Shown here piece after piece: positions 37,342 to 46,843 of a DNA stretch of 64,000 nucleotides. The DNA lies in assembly GCA_964453915.1 (NCBI GenBank), contig CAYVPW010000001.1:6143-70142 (forward strand). Direction: 5' to 3'. The translations under genes and the position numbers were made by a program. The stretch's first letter is position 1; every line of letters begins with the position of its first letter. The stretch is from an uncultured Christensenella sp. (GTDB taxonomy: Bacteria > Bacillota > Clostridia > Christensenellales > Borkfalkiaceae). The notes beneath the pieces are model-generated. The model had not been told where the DNA came from, made no database searches, and was given only the letters and a program-made list of their open reading frames with translations.

Positions 37342-38221
37342 ATTTGCCGCCTTTTAACTCTTCTAAATCTGCACATAATCTTTCAATAAGCCCATCGGTA
37401 CTATCAAACTTTATAATCTCACGCATAAAATCCGTAAAATAAACGGTAATATCCTTTCCGTACAATTCACCGTTAAAGTCCAAAATATGCGCTTCTATCA
37501 GTTTTTTACTTAAATTAAAGGTAGGTCTTGCCCCGTAGTTTATAATCGCCTTATATTTTTTATCTAAAACAACGTATCCTGCGTAAACGCCGTTTTTTAA
37601 CGGACTTTTTTCTTGATCTATCTCTATGTTAACGGTAGGAAATCCTATTTTTCTTCCCACCATTCTGTCTTGAAAAACCTTGCCGCTTATAAAATATTCA
37701 AACCCTAAAAGCGAGTTTGTTTTTTTTACGTTTCCTTCCTTTAACAACTCTTTTATTCCGGAAGTCGCTATTTTTGCTCCGTATTCTTTTGCAAGCGGCT
37801 CTATAAGCACTTCTTGACCTTTTTCTTCGGCGTATTTTTTTAAAAACTCAACGTCTCCTAAACCGCCCTTTCCAAAACGGTAATCTTTGCCGCAAACGTA
37901 CGCTTTAATATCGAAAACGCCGTTTACGTAATCTAAAAACGCCATTGCGTCTAAAGATAAAAACTCTTTGTTGACGGGAGCAAAAAAAACGTTTTTTACG
38001 CCTATACTTTCAAATATCTTTTTTCTTTCTTCCTTTGTAAAAAGATATTTTTTATCGCCTTTGCCGATATAATAATTCAGGTTTCCGTCAAAAGTAAAAA
38101 CGGTAGCAACCGAATTAGTTTCTTCCGCTTTTTTTTGCGCCGCCCCTATAATTAAGCGATGCCCTTTATGCACGCTGTCAAAATATCCCAGCGCAATTAC
38201 CGTTTTTATTTTATCTGACAT
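37334..38221 (-). CDS. ribF: bifunctional riboflavin kinase / FMN adenylyltransferase
   Basis: N-terminal nucleotidyltransferase (GYFDSVHKGH) and C-terminal riboflavin kinase (GFPTVN). Confidence 0.93.
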   Translation of the reverse strand: MSDKIKTVIALGYFDSVHKGHRLIIGAAQKKAEETNSVATVFTFDGNLNYYIGKGDKKYLFTKEERKKIFESIGVKNVFFAPVNKEFLSLDAMAFLDYVNGVFDIKAYVCGKDYRFGKGGLGDVEFLKKYAEEKGQEVLIEPLAKEYGAKIATSGIKELLKEGNVKKTNSLLGFEYFISGKVFQDRMVGRKIGFPTVNIEIDQEKSPLKNGVYAGYVVLDKKYKAIINYGARPTFNLSKKLIEAHILDFNGELYGKDITVYFTDFMREIIKFDSTDGLIERLCADLEELKGGKYD

Positions 38222-39059
38222 ATGCTTTCATTTTTAACGTGCCTAGAGAAATTTCACCAACCCCCCAAAACTCGTTTCCGTTATATACCCTATACAATCC
38301 GTCCTTTAACGGATACTTGTCTTTCAACCCGTCCAAAAGCCTTTTCGCCTGCAAAGCAGAAAGAGTAAGGCGGGTAAAACCAACCGTTTGATCGGAAGGG
38401 ACTAAAAGCCTTTCGGGATTTTCTTCGTTTTTTAACTGCTCTATATCAACCGCAGTATCCAAAGTAAATACTCCGCTTTTTGTTCTTACAAGGGTTTTCA
38501 TAGTTCCTAGCGAACCTAGTTTTTCCCCTAAATCTCTTGCCAAAGAGCGTATGTAAGTTCCGCCTTTACAATTTATCTTAAACTTAAACGTATCTAAATC
38601 CGTTTTTTCTAAATATTCAAAAGAATTGATAACTACCTTTTTGGGCGGAAGTGTAAACTCTTCTCCGCGCCTTGCAAGTTGATATCCTCTTTTTCCGTCT
38701 ATACACTTTGCGGAATAGTTCGGCGGTACTTGTTCAATCTCACCTACAAACGCCTTTGTCGCTTCTATTATATCCTTTTCTTCGGGAATAACAGTGCAGG
38801 TTTTTAACACCGTTCCCGTAATATCCAACGTATCCGTTAGCACTCCGAACTTAAATTCGGCAATGTATTCTTTTTCTTTATCTAAAAAAAAGTTAAACAA
38901 TCTAGACGCTTGCCCAACGCCTACCGGCAACACCCCTTCCGCCATAGGGTCTAAAGTGCCCATATGTCCGCACGGACACTTAAAAGTTTTTTTCACCGCA
39001 CCGACTGCATAAGCAGAACTCATTCCGGCAGGTTTTTTCAAATTAATAAATCCGTTCAT
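38211..39059 (-). CDS. truB: tRNA pseudouridine(55) synthase
   Basis: GHMGTLDPMAEGVLPV catalytic Asp motif. Position between nrnA and ribF. Confidence 0.93.
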   Translation of the reverse strand: MNGFINLKKPAGMSSAYAVGAVKKTFKCPCGHMGTLDPMAEGVLPVGVGQASRLFNFFLDKEKEYIAEFKFGVLTDTLDITGTVLKTCTVIPEEKDIIEATKAFVGEIEQVPPNYSAKCIDGKRGYQLARRGEEFTLPPKKVVINSFEYLEKTDLDTFKFKINCKGGTYIRSLARDLGEKLGSLGTMKTLVRTKSGVFTLDTAVDIEQLKNEENPERLLVPSDQTVGFTRLTLSALQAKRLLDGLKDKYPLKDGLYRVYNGNEFWGVGEISLGTLKMKAYVR

Positions 39060-39060
39060 T

Positions 39061-40014
39061 TTATTCGGGTAAATATCTGCTTACTGCAAAGGTAAGCCTG
39101 TCTATCACTTCTTCTACGTTTCCTTGCATTCTGCAACCGCTTGCAAGAACGTGCCCGCCGCCGCCGAAAGTACCCGCCACGGCGTTTACGTCCGCCGATT
39201 TAGAGCGGAAACTAATTTTATATTTTTCTTTTTCGGTTTCTAAAATACAAACGCCAACCTCAACGCAATCAACGCCCATAATAAAATCTATAAAGCCTTC
39301 CGTTTCGTCCTGTTTTGCGCCGACAGCTTCAATATCTTTCAGACTTATAAACGCCAAGCCCAACTTTCCGTCTAGAATATAGCGAATTTTGCTCATAGTA
39401 ATTCCGAAAAGTTTTGCTCTTTCTTTACTTTGACGTGTAAAATTGCGGTATACGATATTATTTAAATCCGCACCGAAATCTACAAGTTCCGCCGCTATTT
39501 TCAGCGTTTGAGAAGTAAGGTTTTTATGCTTAAAATTGCCCGTATCGGTCACTATTCCCGTGGCAAGCGCGTTTGCCATATCCGCATCGATAGAAATCTC
39601 CGCTTCATTTAGCAAAATAAAAACGTTTTCCGCATTTGCAGCGGTTTCCGAAACGAAATTAACCTTTGCATATCTGTTGTTTGAAGTGTGATGATCTAAA
39701 ATATAAGTGTTTTTATGTGCGGCAAAATACGGTGCAAAAGTCCCCGTGCGAGTAATATCCGCACAGTCTATCGCTAAAAACGCAGTGTACTCTTTTTCTA
39801 ATTTCTTTTTTACATCGTCAACGCCTTTTATGTAGTCGAAACGCACGGACAAGTCGTCGTCACAATATACGTCCGCATCTATTCCCGCTTTATTAAGCCC
39901 CATTTTTAAGGCAAGCGCCGAGCCTATCGTGTCACCGTCCGGACGAACGTGACAAAACAGCGCGACGCTTTTTTCTTTGAATAATTTTTCAGAAAACTCT
40001 TTTAACGTAATCAA
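39061..40014 (-). CDS. nrnA: DHH-family phosphoesterase (NrnA-like nanoRNase / pAp phosphatase)
   Basis: Motifs HVRPDGD, DHH (ILDHHTSN) and GGGH. It apparently uses TTG 40014, which overlaps the rbfA stop (TTGA). Confidence 0.82.
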   Translation of the reverse strand: MITLKEFSEKLFKEKSVALFCHVRPDGDTIGSALALKMGLNKAGIDADVYCDDDLSVRFDYIKGVDDVKKKLEKEYTAFLAIDCADITRTGTFAPYFAAHKNTYILDHHTSNNRYAKVNFVSETAANAENVFILLNEAEISIDADMANALATGIVTDTGNFKHKNLTSQTLKIAAELVDFGADLNNIVYRNFTRQSKERAKLFGITMSKIRYILDGKLGLAFISLKDIEAVGAKQDETEGFIDFIMGVDCVEVGVCILETEKEKYKISFRSKSADVNAVAGTFGGGGHVLASGCRMQGNVEEVIDRLTFAVSRYLPE

Positions 40015-40373
40015 TCTACGTCTCCTTTGTGAATATCCCTTAAAAGTCTATCCATTTTATCGCCGTATTCCATACTTCCGTCTAAAACGAAATGTAGTTC
40101 CGGCACGGTACGAATTCTTACCGACCTAGCAAGTTCGTATCTGATTTTTTTTGCTTCTTCGCAAATAGCGTCAAACGTTCTTTGCTTTTTCTCCGGATTA
40201 ACGGAATATATGCTTAGCAAAACGGTGGCGTGCGCTAAATCTTTACTAGTTTTTACGTCTATTATGCTAAACATTTCCGTGATAAAAGGATTTTTAACCT
40301 TTCTTTTTATTATATCGTAAATTTCTTTTTGAAATTCACTGTTGATTTTATCGATACGGTTCGTTCCGTTCAT
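40011..40373 (-). CDS. rbfA: ribosome-binding factor A
   Basis: 120 aa directly after infB, with an RbfA-like KH fold sequence. Confidence 0.9.
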   Translation of the reverse strand: MNGTNRIDKINSEFQKEIYDIIKRKVKNPFITEMFSIIDVKTSKDLAHATVLLSIYSVNPEKKQRTFDAICEEAKKIRYELARSVRIRTVPELHFVLDGSMEYGDKMDRLLRDIHKGDVD

Positions 40374-40383
40374 AATACCACCG

Positions 40384-42960
40384 TTAATTTTTGTTTTCTT
40401 CTACTTGATAACATTCTATAAAGTCGCCGATTTTTATATCGTTAAACTTCTCTATAGACATACCGCATTCATAGCCTTGAGCAACTTCTTTAACGTCGTC
40501 CTTAAAGCGTTTTAACTGCAAAACGTTTCCTTCGGTAATCATAACGTCGTCACGGTAAATGCGAAGTTTTCCGCTTCTTAAAATCTTACCTTCCGTCACG
40601 TAGCAACCTGCAACTTGCCCAACGCCGGAAATCTTAAATACTTCTCTAACTTCGGCTTTACCGAGATAAACCTCCGTAAACTTGGGAGCAAGCATACCTT
40701 TAAGCGCTTTTTGAACGTCTTCTATCGCTTCGTAAATTACCCTGTAAAGTTTTATATCTACACCGCTGTGTTCCGCAACGTTTCTTGCGTTTGCATCGGG
40801 ACGAACGTTAAATCCTATTATGATAGCGTTAGAACTTTCCGCAAGCATTATATCGGATTCGTTTATCGCACCCGCAGCAGCGTGTATAACGTTTACTTTT
40901 ACTTCTTCGTTAGAAAGTTTTTCTAAAGATTGTTTTACCGCTTCAACAGAACCCTGAACGTCCGCCTTAACGACTATGTTAAGACCTTTTATTTCGCCTT
41001 CCGCAATCTTATTAAACACGTCGTCTAGCGTCACCTTTTGAGAAGCCTTTATCATACTTTCTCTTTCTTTGTTCTTTCTTTCCTGAGCAACGAGTTTAAC
41101 CAATTTTTCTTGTTCTACCGCATATAATATATCGCCTGCGTTAGGAACTTCGTCTAATCCCATTATAGATACAGGCATAGAAGGTCCGGCAGAACCTACT
41201 TTTGCACCCATATCGTTCATCATTGCTCTAATTTTTCCGGTGACCGTTCCTACAACAACGCTGTCAGAAACTTTTAGCGTTCCGTTTTGGATAAGCACGG
41301 TAGCAATAGGACCTTTGTTTTGATCTAGTTTTGCTTCTATAACAACGCCTTTTGCCTTTCTGTTTGGGTTAGCCTTTAAGTCTTTAATTTCCGCAACTAA
41401 GTTTATACTCTCTAAAAGCGTATCAAAACCTTCGCCTGTTTTTGCGGATACAGGACAAAGAATAACGTCTCCGCCCCATTCTTCGGGAAGCAAGCCGTGG
41501 TCTGTAAGTTGAGTTTTTACTCTGTCGATATTCGCTTCCGGCTTATCAATCTTGTTTATTGCAACTATAATAGGAACGTCCGCCGCTTTTGCGTGGTTAA
41601 TCGCTTCAACCGTTTGCGGCATAATTCCGTCGTCCGCCGCAACGACTAAAACCGCTATATCCGTAGCCTGTGCACCGCGCGCTCTCATTGCGGTAAACGC
41701 CGCGTGTCCGGGCGTATCCAAAAAGGTTATTTGCTTTTTATTTACCGTCACTTGATAAGCACCGATATGCTGCGTAATACCGCCAGCTTCGCCTGCGGTG
41801 ACGTTGCTTTTTCTAATTCTATCAAGCACGGAAGTTTTACCGTGATCTACGTGTCCCATAACCGTTACTACGGGCGGGCGAACAACCATTTTTGCCTGAT
41901 CGTCCGCTTCGGATTCAAAGCCTTCGCTCAAAACATCTTCCGCAGTTTTATCTAGTTTTAATTCTAATTCAACGCCTATATCGTCCGCAATAAATGCTGC
42001 AGTATCAAAATCGATAGAGTCGTTTATAGTTTTCATGATGCCTTCTTTAAATAGGCGCTTTGTTATTTCGGCAGCCGTAATACCGATTTTTTCACTTAAA
42101 ACTTTAAGGGGTATTATCTCGGTGTTGATTACTGCCTTTTCTATTTTTATAGCGTGCGTTTCAACGTTTTTAACCTTCTTTGCGGGGCGCATTTTTCTGT
42201 ATCCCGTTTTATTTTCGTCAAAATCGTCTATACTTACTTGATTTTTTATAAGCGCACGCTTGTTTATAACGTGTTTATCTTCGTAAGACTTTTCCCCGCC
42301 CTTCTTTTTATTGCCGAAAGAACGCTTATCGTTTACGGTAGGCATAACGGGTGGAGCAACGTACGTTTCACGGGGCTTTTTAAATCCGGACCCCTGCGGC
42401 TTATTTTCAAAAGACTTCGGCTTAGCCGTTTTATCGAAAGACGGGCGTACCGCAAGCTTTTCTTTTTTCTCTACGGGGCGATAAGGAGATTCCCTTCTCA
42501 CTATAAAGGACGGGCGTTCTTTAGGAACGAATTCCGCCTTTTTAGCAGGTTCTGCAGGCTCTTCCTTTTTCTCTTCCGCTTTTTCTTCCTTTGCGGGAGT
42601 AGCTTCTTTTTTAGGTTCTTCCGCAGGTGCGGGTTTTTCTTCTTTCGGTTCAGTTTTCTTTTCTACAACTTCCGTTTTTACAATCGTTTCAGCCTTGGGT
42701 TCTTCTATTGCGGCTTTTTCCTCTGCCTTAACTTCGGCTTTTACTTCCGCAATCTCTTTTTCACGCTCTATTTTAGCGTCTTCAAAAGATTTTAATTTAG
42801 ATTCAACTTCCGTTTTAAACCCTTTTACGCTTTTCTCGAAATCGGAAACGGACGAAACGAGTTGTTGTATCGCTTCATCTACTAAAAGTTTGTTTATTTT
42901 CTTTACGTTTTCGATTGATTTTTTTGCGTTTTCGTTTTGTACGTTTTTGGTTTCTGCCAT
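40384..42960 (-). CDS. infB: translation initiation factor IF-2
   Basis: 858 aa with a K/E/A/P-rich N-terminal region and G domain GHVDHGKTS...DTPGH...NKID. Confidence 0.97.
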   Translation of the reverse strand: MAETKNVQNENAKKSIENVKKINKLLVDEAIQQLVSSVSDFEKSVKGFKTEVESKLKSFEDAKIEREKEIAEVKAEVKAEEKAAIEEPKAETIVKTEVVEKKTEPKEEKPAPAEEPKKEATPAKEEKAEEKKEEPAEPAKKAEFVPKERPSFIVRRESPYRPVEKKEKLAVRPSFDKTAKPKSFENKPQGSGFKKPRETYVAPPVMPTVNDKRSFGNKKKGGEKSYEDKHVINKRALIKNQVSIDDFDENKTGYRKMRPAKKVKNVETHAIKIEKAVINTEIIPLKVLSEKIGITAAEITKRLFKEGIMKTINDSIDFDTAAFIADDIGVELELKLDKTAEDVLSEGFESEADDQAKMVVRPPVVTVMGHVDHGKTSVLDRIRKSNVTAGEAGGITQHIGAYQVTVNKKQITFLDTPGHAAFTAMRARGAQATDIAVLVVAADDGIMPQTVEAINHAKAADVPIIVAINKIDKPEANIDRVKTQLTDHGLLPEEWGGDVILCPVSAKTGEGFDTLLESINLVAEIKDLKANPNRKAKGVVIEAKLDQNKGPIATVLIQNGTLKVSDSVVVGTVTGKIRAMMNDMGAKVGSAGPSMPVSIMGLDEVPNAGDILYAVEQEKLVKLVAQERKNKERESMIKASQKVTLDDVFNKIAEGEIKGLNIVVKADVQGSVEAVKQSLEKLSNEEVKVNVIHAAAGAINESDIMLAESSNAIIIGFNVRPDANARNVAEHSGVDIKLYRVIYEAIEDVQKALKGMLAPKFTEVYLGKAEVREVFKISGVGQVAGCYVTEGKILRSGKLRIYRDDVMITEGNVLQLKRFKDDVKEVAQGYECGMSIEKFNDIKIGDFIECYQVEENKN

Positions 42961-42971
42961 TTATATTACTC

Positions 42972-43283
42972 CTAACATCTCTCGATAAAGTCGTTTTCCG
43001 TTTGACTTAAAAGCGCTTGGGAAAGTTTTAAGTCCGTAATAGCCATAACTTTGGCGTTTTCTCTGTGCGTTAATTGCGATAAAGGCGTTTTTACACACTC
43101 TACCAACGGGCACTTCAGTTTTTTAGAAAGGCTTTCCGCTTCCTTTTTACTGTTATCGCTTGCAGAAAAACACACCACCATAAGATTTGCTTTTTTTAGC
43201 GTGGCGCAGGCGTTAAACCCTATTTTATACTTACCTGCACGAATAGCAAACCCTATAAAAGTTTCCGCTTTACTCTTTTCCAA
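42972..43283 (-). CDS. ylxQ: L7Ae-family RNA-binding protein YlxQ
   Basis: L7Ae/L30e-like, about 100 aa, between ylxR and infB. I favour TTG 43283, which lies 6 nt after GAGGAGA. An alternative ATG is at 43304. Confidence 0.75.
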   Translation of the reverse strand: MEKSKAETFIGFAIRAGKYKIGFNACATLKKANLMVVCFSASDNSKKEAESLSKKLKCPLVECVKTPLSQLTHRENAKVMAITDLKLSQALLSQTENDFIERC

Positions 43284-43533
43284 AAAAGTTCTCCTCAATA
43301 CCATCGTAAACCGAATCTTCTACCTGACAGGAAAACACTCGGTTTATAAGCTTTTGCTTTTTAAGTTTTTTTATACATTCCGCATCGTCGCAAATATATG
43401 CGCCTCTGCCGTTAGCCTTGCCGGTTTTATCCAAAAAAATCTTATCTCCGCTTTTAACTATTCTAAGCATAGATTTTTTCGGTTTCATTTCTCGGCACGC
43501 TATGCACATACGCATAGGAATTTTCTTTTCCAT
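43270..43533 (-). CDS. ylxR: YlxR-family (DUF448) RNA-binding protein
   Basis: 87 aa with RMCIACREMKPKKSMLRIV. Position after nusA. Confidence 0.88.
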   Translation of the reverse strand: MEKKIPMRMCIACREMKPKKSMLRIVKSGDKIFLDKTGKANGRGAYICDDAECIKKLKKQKLINRVFSCQVEDSVYDGIEENFFGKE

Positions 43534-43554
43534 AAAACTACCATCAATTAAAAA

Positions 43555-44646
43555 TTATTCTTCGGTGTTTTCTTCGCTTTCAGAAGCAGCTTCGCCGAAC
43601 TCCGAAAGAGCGGCACTTTCGCTTTTAACGTCTATCTTCCAACCGGTAAGACGAACGGCAAGCCTTGCGTTTTGACCGCTTCTACCTATCGCCAAAGACA
43701 ATTTATCGTCCGGCACAATCGCCATTGCGTTATTTTCGCCTTCCATTTGAACCACTTTAACTACTCTTGCCGGAGAAAGCGCTCTGGAAATAAACTCCAA
43801 CGGATTTTCCGACCAAGGAATTATATCTATTTTTTCGCCGCCTAATTCCGCCACGATTGCGTTTACACGCGCGCCTTTATTACCTACGCACGCACCGATA
43901 GCGTCTATTTGCGGGTCTTCACTGTAAATTGCTATTTTAGTTCTTTGTCCGGGTTCTCTTGCAATTCCTTTTATTTCGACTAATCCTTGCTTGATTTCCG
44001 GAACTTCGTTTTCAAACAAACGTTTTACCAAACCGCCGGACGTTCTGGAAACGACGATTTGTGCGTTTTTACCCATATTTTTTACTCTTTTAACGAATAC
44101 GTTGATTTTTTGATTCAATTCGTATTTTTCACCGGGAACTTGGTCTCTCGGCATCAAAATTCCTTCAATTTGGTTTCCGCCGATTTCTACGTATACGTTG
44201 CCGTCCTCTATTCTGCGAACGGTGCAAGCCATAAGCTCGCCTTCTTTATCTTCAAATTCAGAAAAGGTGTTGTCTCTTTCTATTTCGCGAAGTTTTTGCA
44301 TAACCACTTGCTTTGCGGTTTGAGCCGCTATTCTACCAAAGTTTTTAGGCATAATTTCGGTTGCAATCACATCCCCCGCTTTGTACCCCTTTTTAATCAA
44401 AACAGCGTCTTCAACGCTTATCTCTTTTTCGGGATCAACGACTTCTTCTACAACGTTTTTGGTGCTGTAAATTTTAATCGTCTTTTTTTCGGGATTAAGT
44501 TTTACGGAAATTCCGCTTACGTCACCGGTGGACTTTTTATAAGCGAACACAAGAGCGTTTTCAAGCGCTTCTATAAATTCCGTTTGGGAAATTCCCTTTT
44601 CTCTTTCAAGGTCTTCAAGTGCCAAAAAGAAATCTTGATTTATCAT
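43555..44646 (-). CDS. nusA: transcription termination/antitermination factor NusA
   Basis: 363 aa with an N-terminal RNAP-binding domain, an S1 domain and two KH domains. Confidence 0.96.
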   Translation of the reverse strand: MINQDFFLALEDLEREKGISQTEFIEALENALVFAYKKSTGDVSGISVKLNPEKKTIKIYSTKNVVEEVVDPEKEISVEDAVLIKKGYKAGDVIATEIMPKNFGRIAAQTAKQVVMQKLREIERDNTFSEFEDKEGELMACTVRRIEDGNVYVEIGGNQIEGILMPRDQVPGEKYELNQKINVFVKRVKNMGKNAQIVVSRTSGGLVKRLFENEVPEIKQGLVEIKGIAREPGQRTKIAIYSEDPQIDAIGACVGNKGARVNAIVAELGGEKIDIIPWSENPLEFISRALSPARVVKVVQMEGENNAMAIVPDDKLSLAIGRSGQNARLAVRLTGWKIDVKSESAALSEFGEAASESEENTEE

Positions 44647-44693
44647 TTTTCATCTCCTATATTTTTGTAAAATACTTTACTTTTAACCTAAAA

Positions 44694-45158
44694 TTATTCA
44701 AAATCTATATATTCGTTCATTTTTACTACGTTTTTTAAATCTATCGTAAACGTGTTTTTATCGTCCACTTTTACAGACACCGTTTTAGCGTCGTAAGAAA
44801 GCAATATTCCGTCGTAAAACTTTTTACCTTTTATAGAATTTACAAGTTTGACTTCTACCCTTTGACCTATATGGCTTAAAAAATGCTCTTCTTTTTTAAA
44901 AGGCCAGTCTGCCCCTTTGCTTGAAACGTTTAACGTATACGGCAAAGATTCGGTGGGATCTAACTCGTCCAACGGCTCGTCTATAGAGCGGTGAAACTTT
45001 TCGCAACAGTCAAGATCTACTCCGCCTTCTTTATCTATAAAAATATTAAGTTCCGGATTTTTACCTTTTTTTAACTCAACGTCCCATATAACGACGCCCG
45101 CAGCCGTAGCGAACGGCTCTAAAAATTCCGCAATTTCCGCTTCAGATTTAAATTTCAT
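44694..45158 (-). CDS. rimP: ribosome maturation factor RimP
   Basis: ATG 45158 lies 6 nt after GGAG; the track's upstream GTG is rejected. Position before nusA. Confidence 0.88.
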   Translation of the reverse strand: MKFKSEAEIAEFLEPFATAAGVVIWDVELKKGKNPELNIFIDKEGGVDLDCCEKFHRSIDEPLDELDPTESLPYTLNVSSKGADWPFKKEEHFLSHIGQRVEVKLVNSIKGKKFYDGILLSYDAKTVSVKVDDKNTFTIDLKNVVKMNEYIDFE

Positions 45159-45180
45159 TTTTTCTCCATTCACGCTCTCA

Positions 45181-45214
45181 TAAAAAGATATGAGAACGGA
45201 AAACCGTTCTCATA
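45181..45214 (-). terminator. strong hairpin plus T-run inside the rimP-nusA leader (attenuator candidate, or terminator of the upstream gene)
   Basis: Perfect 11-bp stem TATGAGAACGG-aaaa-CCGTTCTCATA, followed on the minus strand by TCTTTTTA. It lies downstream of the predicted rimP promoters and 23 nt upstream of the rimP ATG. Confidence 0.6.
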
Positions 45215-45242
45215 AGTCAAGCATAACTATATCAGTACCATA

Positions 45243-45282
45243 ATATTACCATATTATACTTATAATTGCAAGCGTTTTTCAA
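45243..45282 (-). promoter_or_regulatory. two overlapping sigma-A type promoters for rimP-nusA
   Basis: Minus strand: TTGCAA (45271-45266), 17 nt, TAATAT (45248-45243); and TTGAAA (45282-45277), 18 nt, TATAAT (45258-45253). Confidence 0.5.
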
Positions 45283-45310
45283 AAGTTTTTTACTCTTTAC
45301 CAAACGATTT

Positions 45311-46843
45311 TCAATCTTTTGCACCGTACTTTATTTTCATAAGTTCAACAAAAATCTCCGCCGTGGCATAAGCATCCGACAACGCTCTGTGATGGTGAAA
45401 GGTAATGTTAAAATAATCCGCCAAGGTATGTAAATCGTTTCTTCTTAAAGAAGGTATACACGCCCTGCTCATCTCAACGGTATCTAAAACCCTGTTTTTC
45501 ACCTCGTAGTCTTCAGCTCCGGCAAAACGCTTTATAAATTTAACGTCAAAATCGGCGTTATGGGCAACCAAAACCGAATTTTCTATAAACTTCATAAAAT
45601 CTGGTATTACCGCGGAAATTTTAGGTGCATCCTTAACCATTTCTTCCGTTATTCCCGTAAGTTTTACTATCTCTTGCGTTATGGGGTAATCGGGCTTAAT
45701 CAAGGTGGTAAACTGTTCCGTTAACTTTCCGCCGCTAACTTTAACCGCACCTATTTCCGTAATGCCGTTGCTCATAAGTTCTAACCCGGTCGTTTCTAAA
45801 TCAAAAACAACGTAGTCCGTTTTTGTAAGTTCTTCCGGCAAAACGTCCTCCCCGTCGAAAACGCTTTTTATCTTTACGGTAGAAGTAGCCGAAGGGAAAA
45901 TTAAAGAATAATTTTGCGGCGCAGTTTTTTTGAACTTATCTTTTTTAACGAAATCTTTCGGAAAAGTACATCTGTTTATTTTATCAAACGTGACGGATTT
46001 TCTTCCGTTATACTCTCCTACCCTTCCGTGAACAATAATCTCATCGTCCACTTTAAGTTCTTTAATCTTTGCATATGTGTTTTTTCTTGTAAAATACACG
46101 CCGCTGGTTCTTCCCGTCGTATCGTCTAAGTGGAGAATAAAAAAAGGCTTTCCGTTTTTAGTTTCTCTCTCCGCAATGTCCGTAATTTTTCCGCAAACCG
46201 TAATATCTCCGCTTGTTGCGTCTTCTATATAAACGGCTGTATCCTCCATCAAAGGGTCGTCTATAGGCACTACGTCTTTTACTTTTATCGTTCTGTGTTC
46301 TATCTTTTGAAGTTGACTTGAATAAACTTCTTCCGATAAAAGCGAAATACTTTCTTCCGGCTCTTTAATCTCCGTTCCACCCGCAAAATCCGAACAAAAC
46401 TTTTTAGATAAATAAGCGTTAAGTTTAGTTATCGCTCCGGATTTTGATAAATAATCGGCATTGTCCTCGGTAAGTCTTATCACGTACTTTACCAAGTCGC
46501 CCATCACGGTGCTTCTCACATCCGTGTTTTTCAAAAAAATAGAAACCGAAGGATAGTTTTCCGATAAATATTTTACTATTTCGTTGTTTATCAACTCGTC
46601 ATTAGAAACTATTTTAGAAAAGTAAACATTGACCTTTTCAAAAACTCTCGGCGTTTCTTCCCTAAGTAATCGCCACGCCTTTTTTTGCACTTCTTCGCTT
46701 ACTACGTTTTCGCAAATAAAAACGTACTTTATTCTCTTTTCTTTTTTTACGACTTCTATGCTCGAAATTCTGGCGTTTTTAACACTTTCGCCTATCTCGC
46801 GAATTTCTTGCAATATCTCATCTGCGGTTTTTAACGCAAACAT
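45311..46843 (-). CDS. PolC-like N-terminal/OB-fold/3'-5' exonuclease protein lacking PHP and polymerase domains
   Basis: DEDDh exonuclease motifs YVVFDLETTGLE, VAHNADFDVKFI and HHRALSDAYATAEIF. The upstream OB segment ITVCGKITDIAERETKNGKPFFILHLDD resembles the PolC OB domain. The ORF ends cleanly before the rimP regulatory region. Confidence 0.8.
   Translation of the reverse strand: MFALKTADEILQEIREIGESVKNARISSIEVVKKEKRIKYVFICENVVSEEVQKKAWRLLREETPRVFEKVNVYFSKIVSNDELINNEIVKYLSENYPSVSIFLKNTDVRSTVMGDLVKYVIRLTEDNADYLSKSGAITKLNAYLSKKFCSDFAGGTEIKEPEESISLLSEEVYSSQLQKIEHRTIKVKDVVPIDDPLMEDTAVYIEDATSGDITVCGKITDIAERETKNGKPFFILHLDDTTGRTSGVYFTRKNTYAKIKELKVDDEIIVHGRVGEYNGRKSVTFDKINRCTFPKDFVKKDKFKKTAPQNYSLIFPSATSTVKIKSVFDGEDVLPEELTKTDYVVFDLETTGLELMSNGITEIGAVKVSGGKLTEQFTTLIKPDYPITQEIVKLTGITEEMVKDAPKISAVIPDFMKFIENSVLVAHNADFDVKFIKRFAGAEDYEVKNRVLDTVEMSRACIPSLRRNDLHTLADYFNITFHHHRALSDAYATAEIFVELMKIKYGAKD

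Noticed and set aside
42154-42795. 213-aa plus-strand ORF rich in F/R/L
   Set aside because: It is antisense to the K/E/A/P-rich low-complexity region of infB, a typical shadow of a biased coding region. The same reasoning applies to 43987-44670 (antisense to nusA), 5015-5605, 21451-21921, 46844-47305, 11211-11693 and other short plus-strand ORFs inside minus-strand genes.
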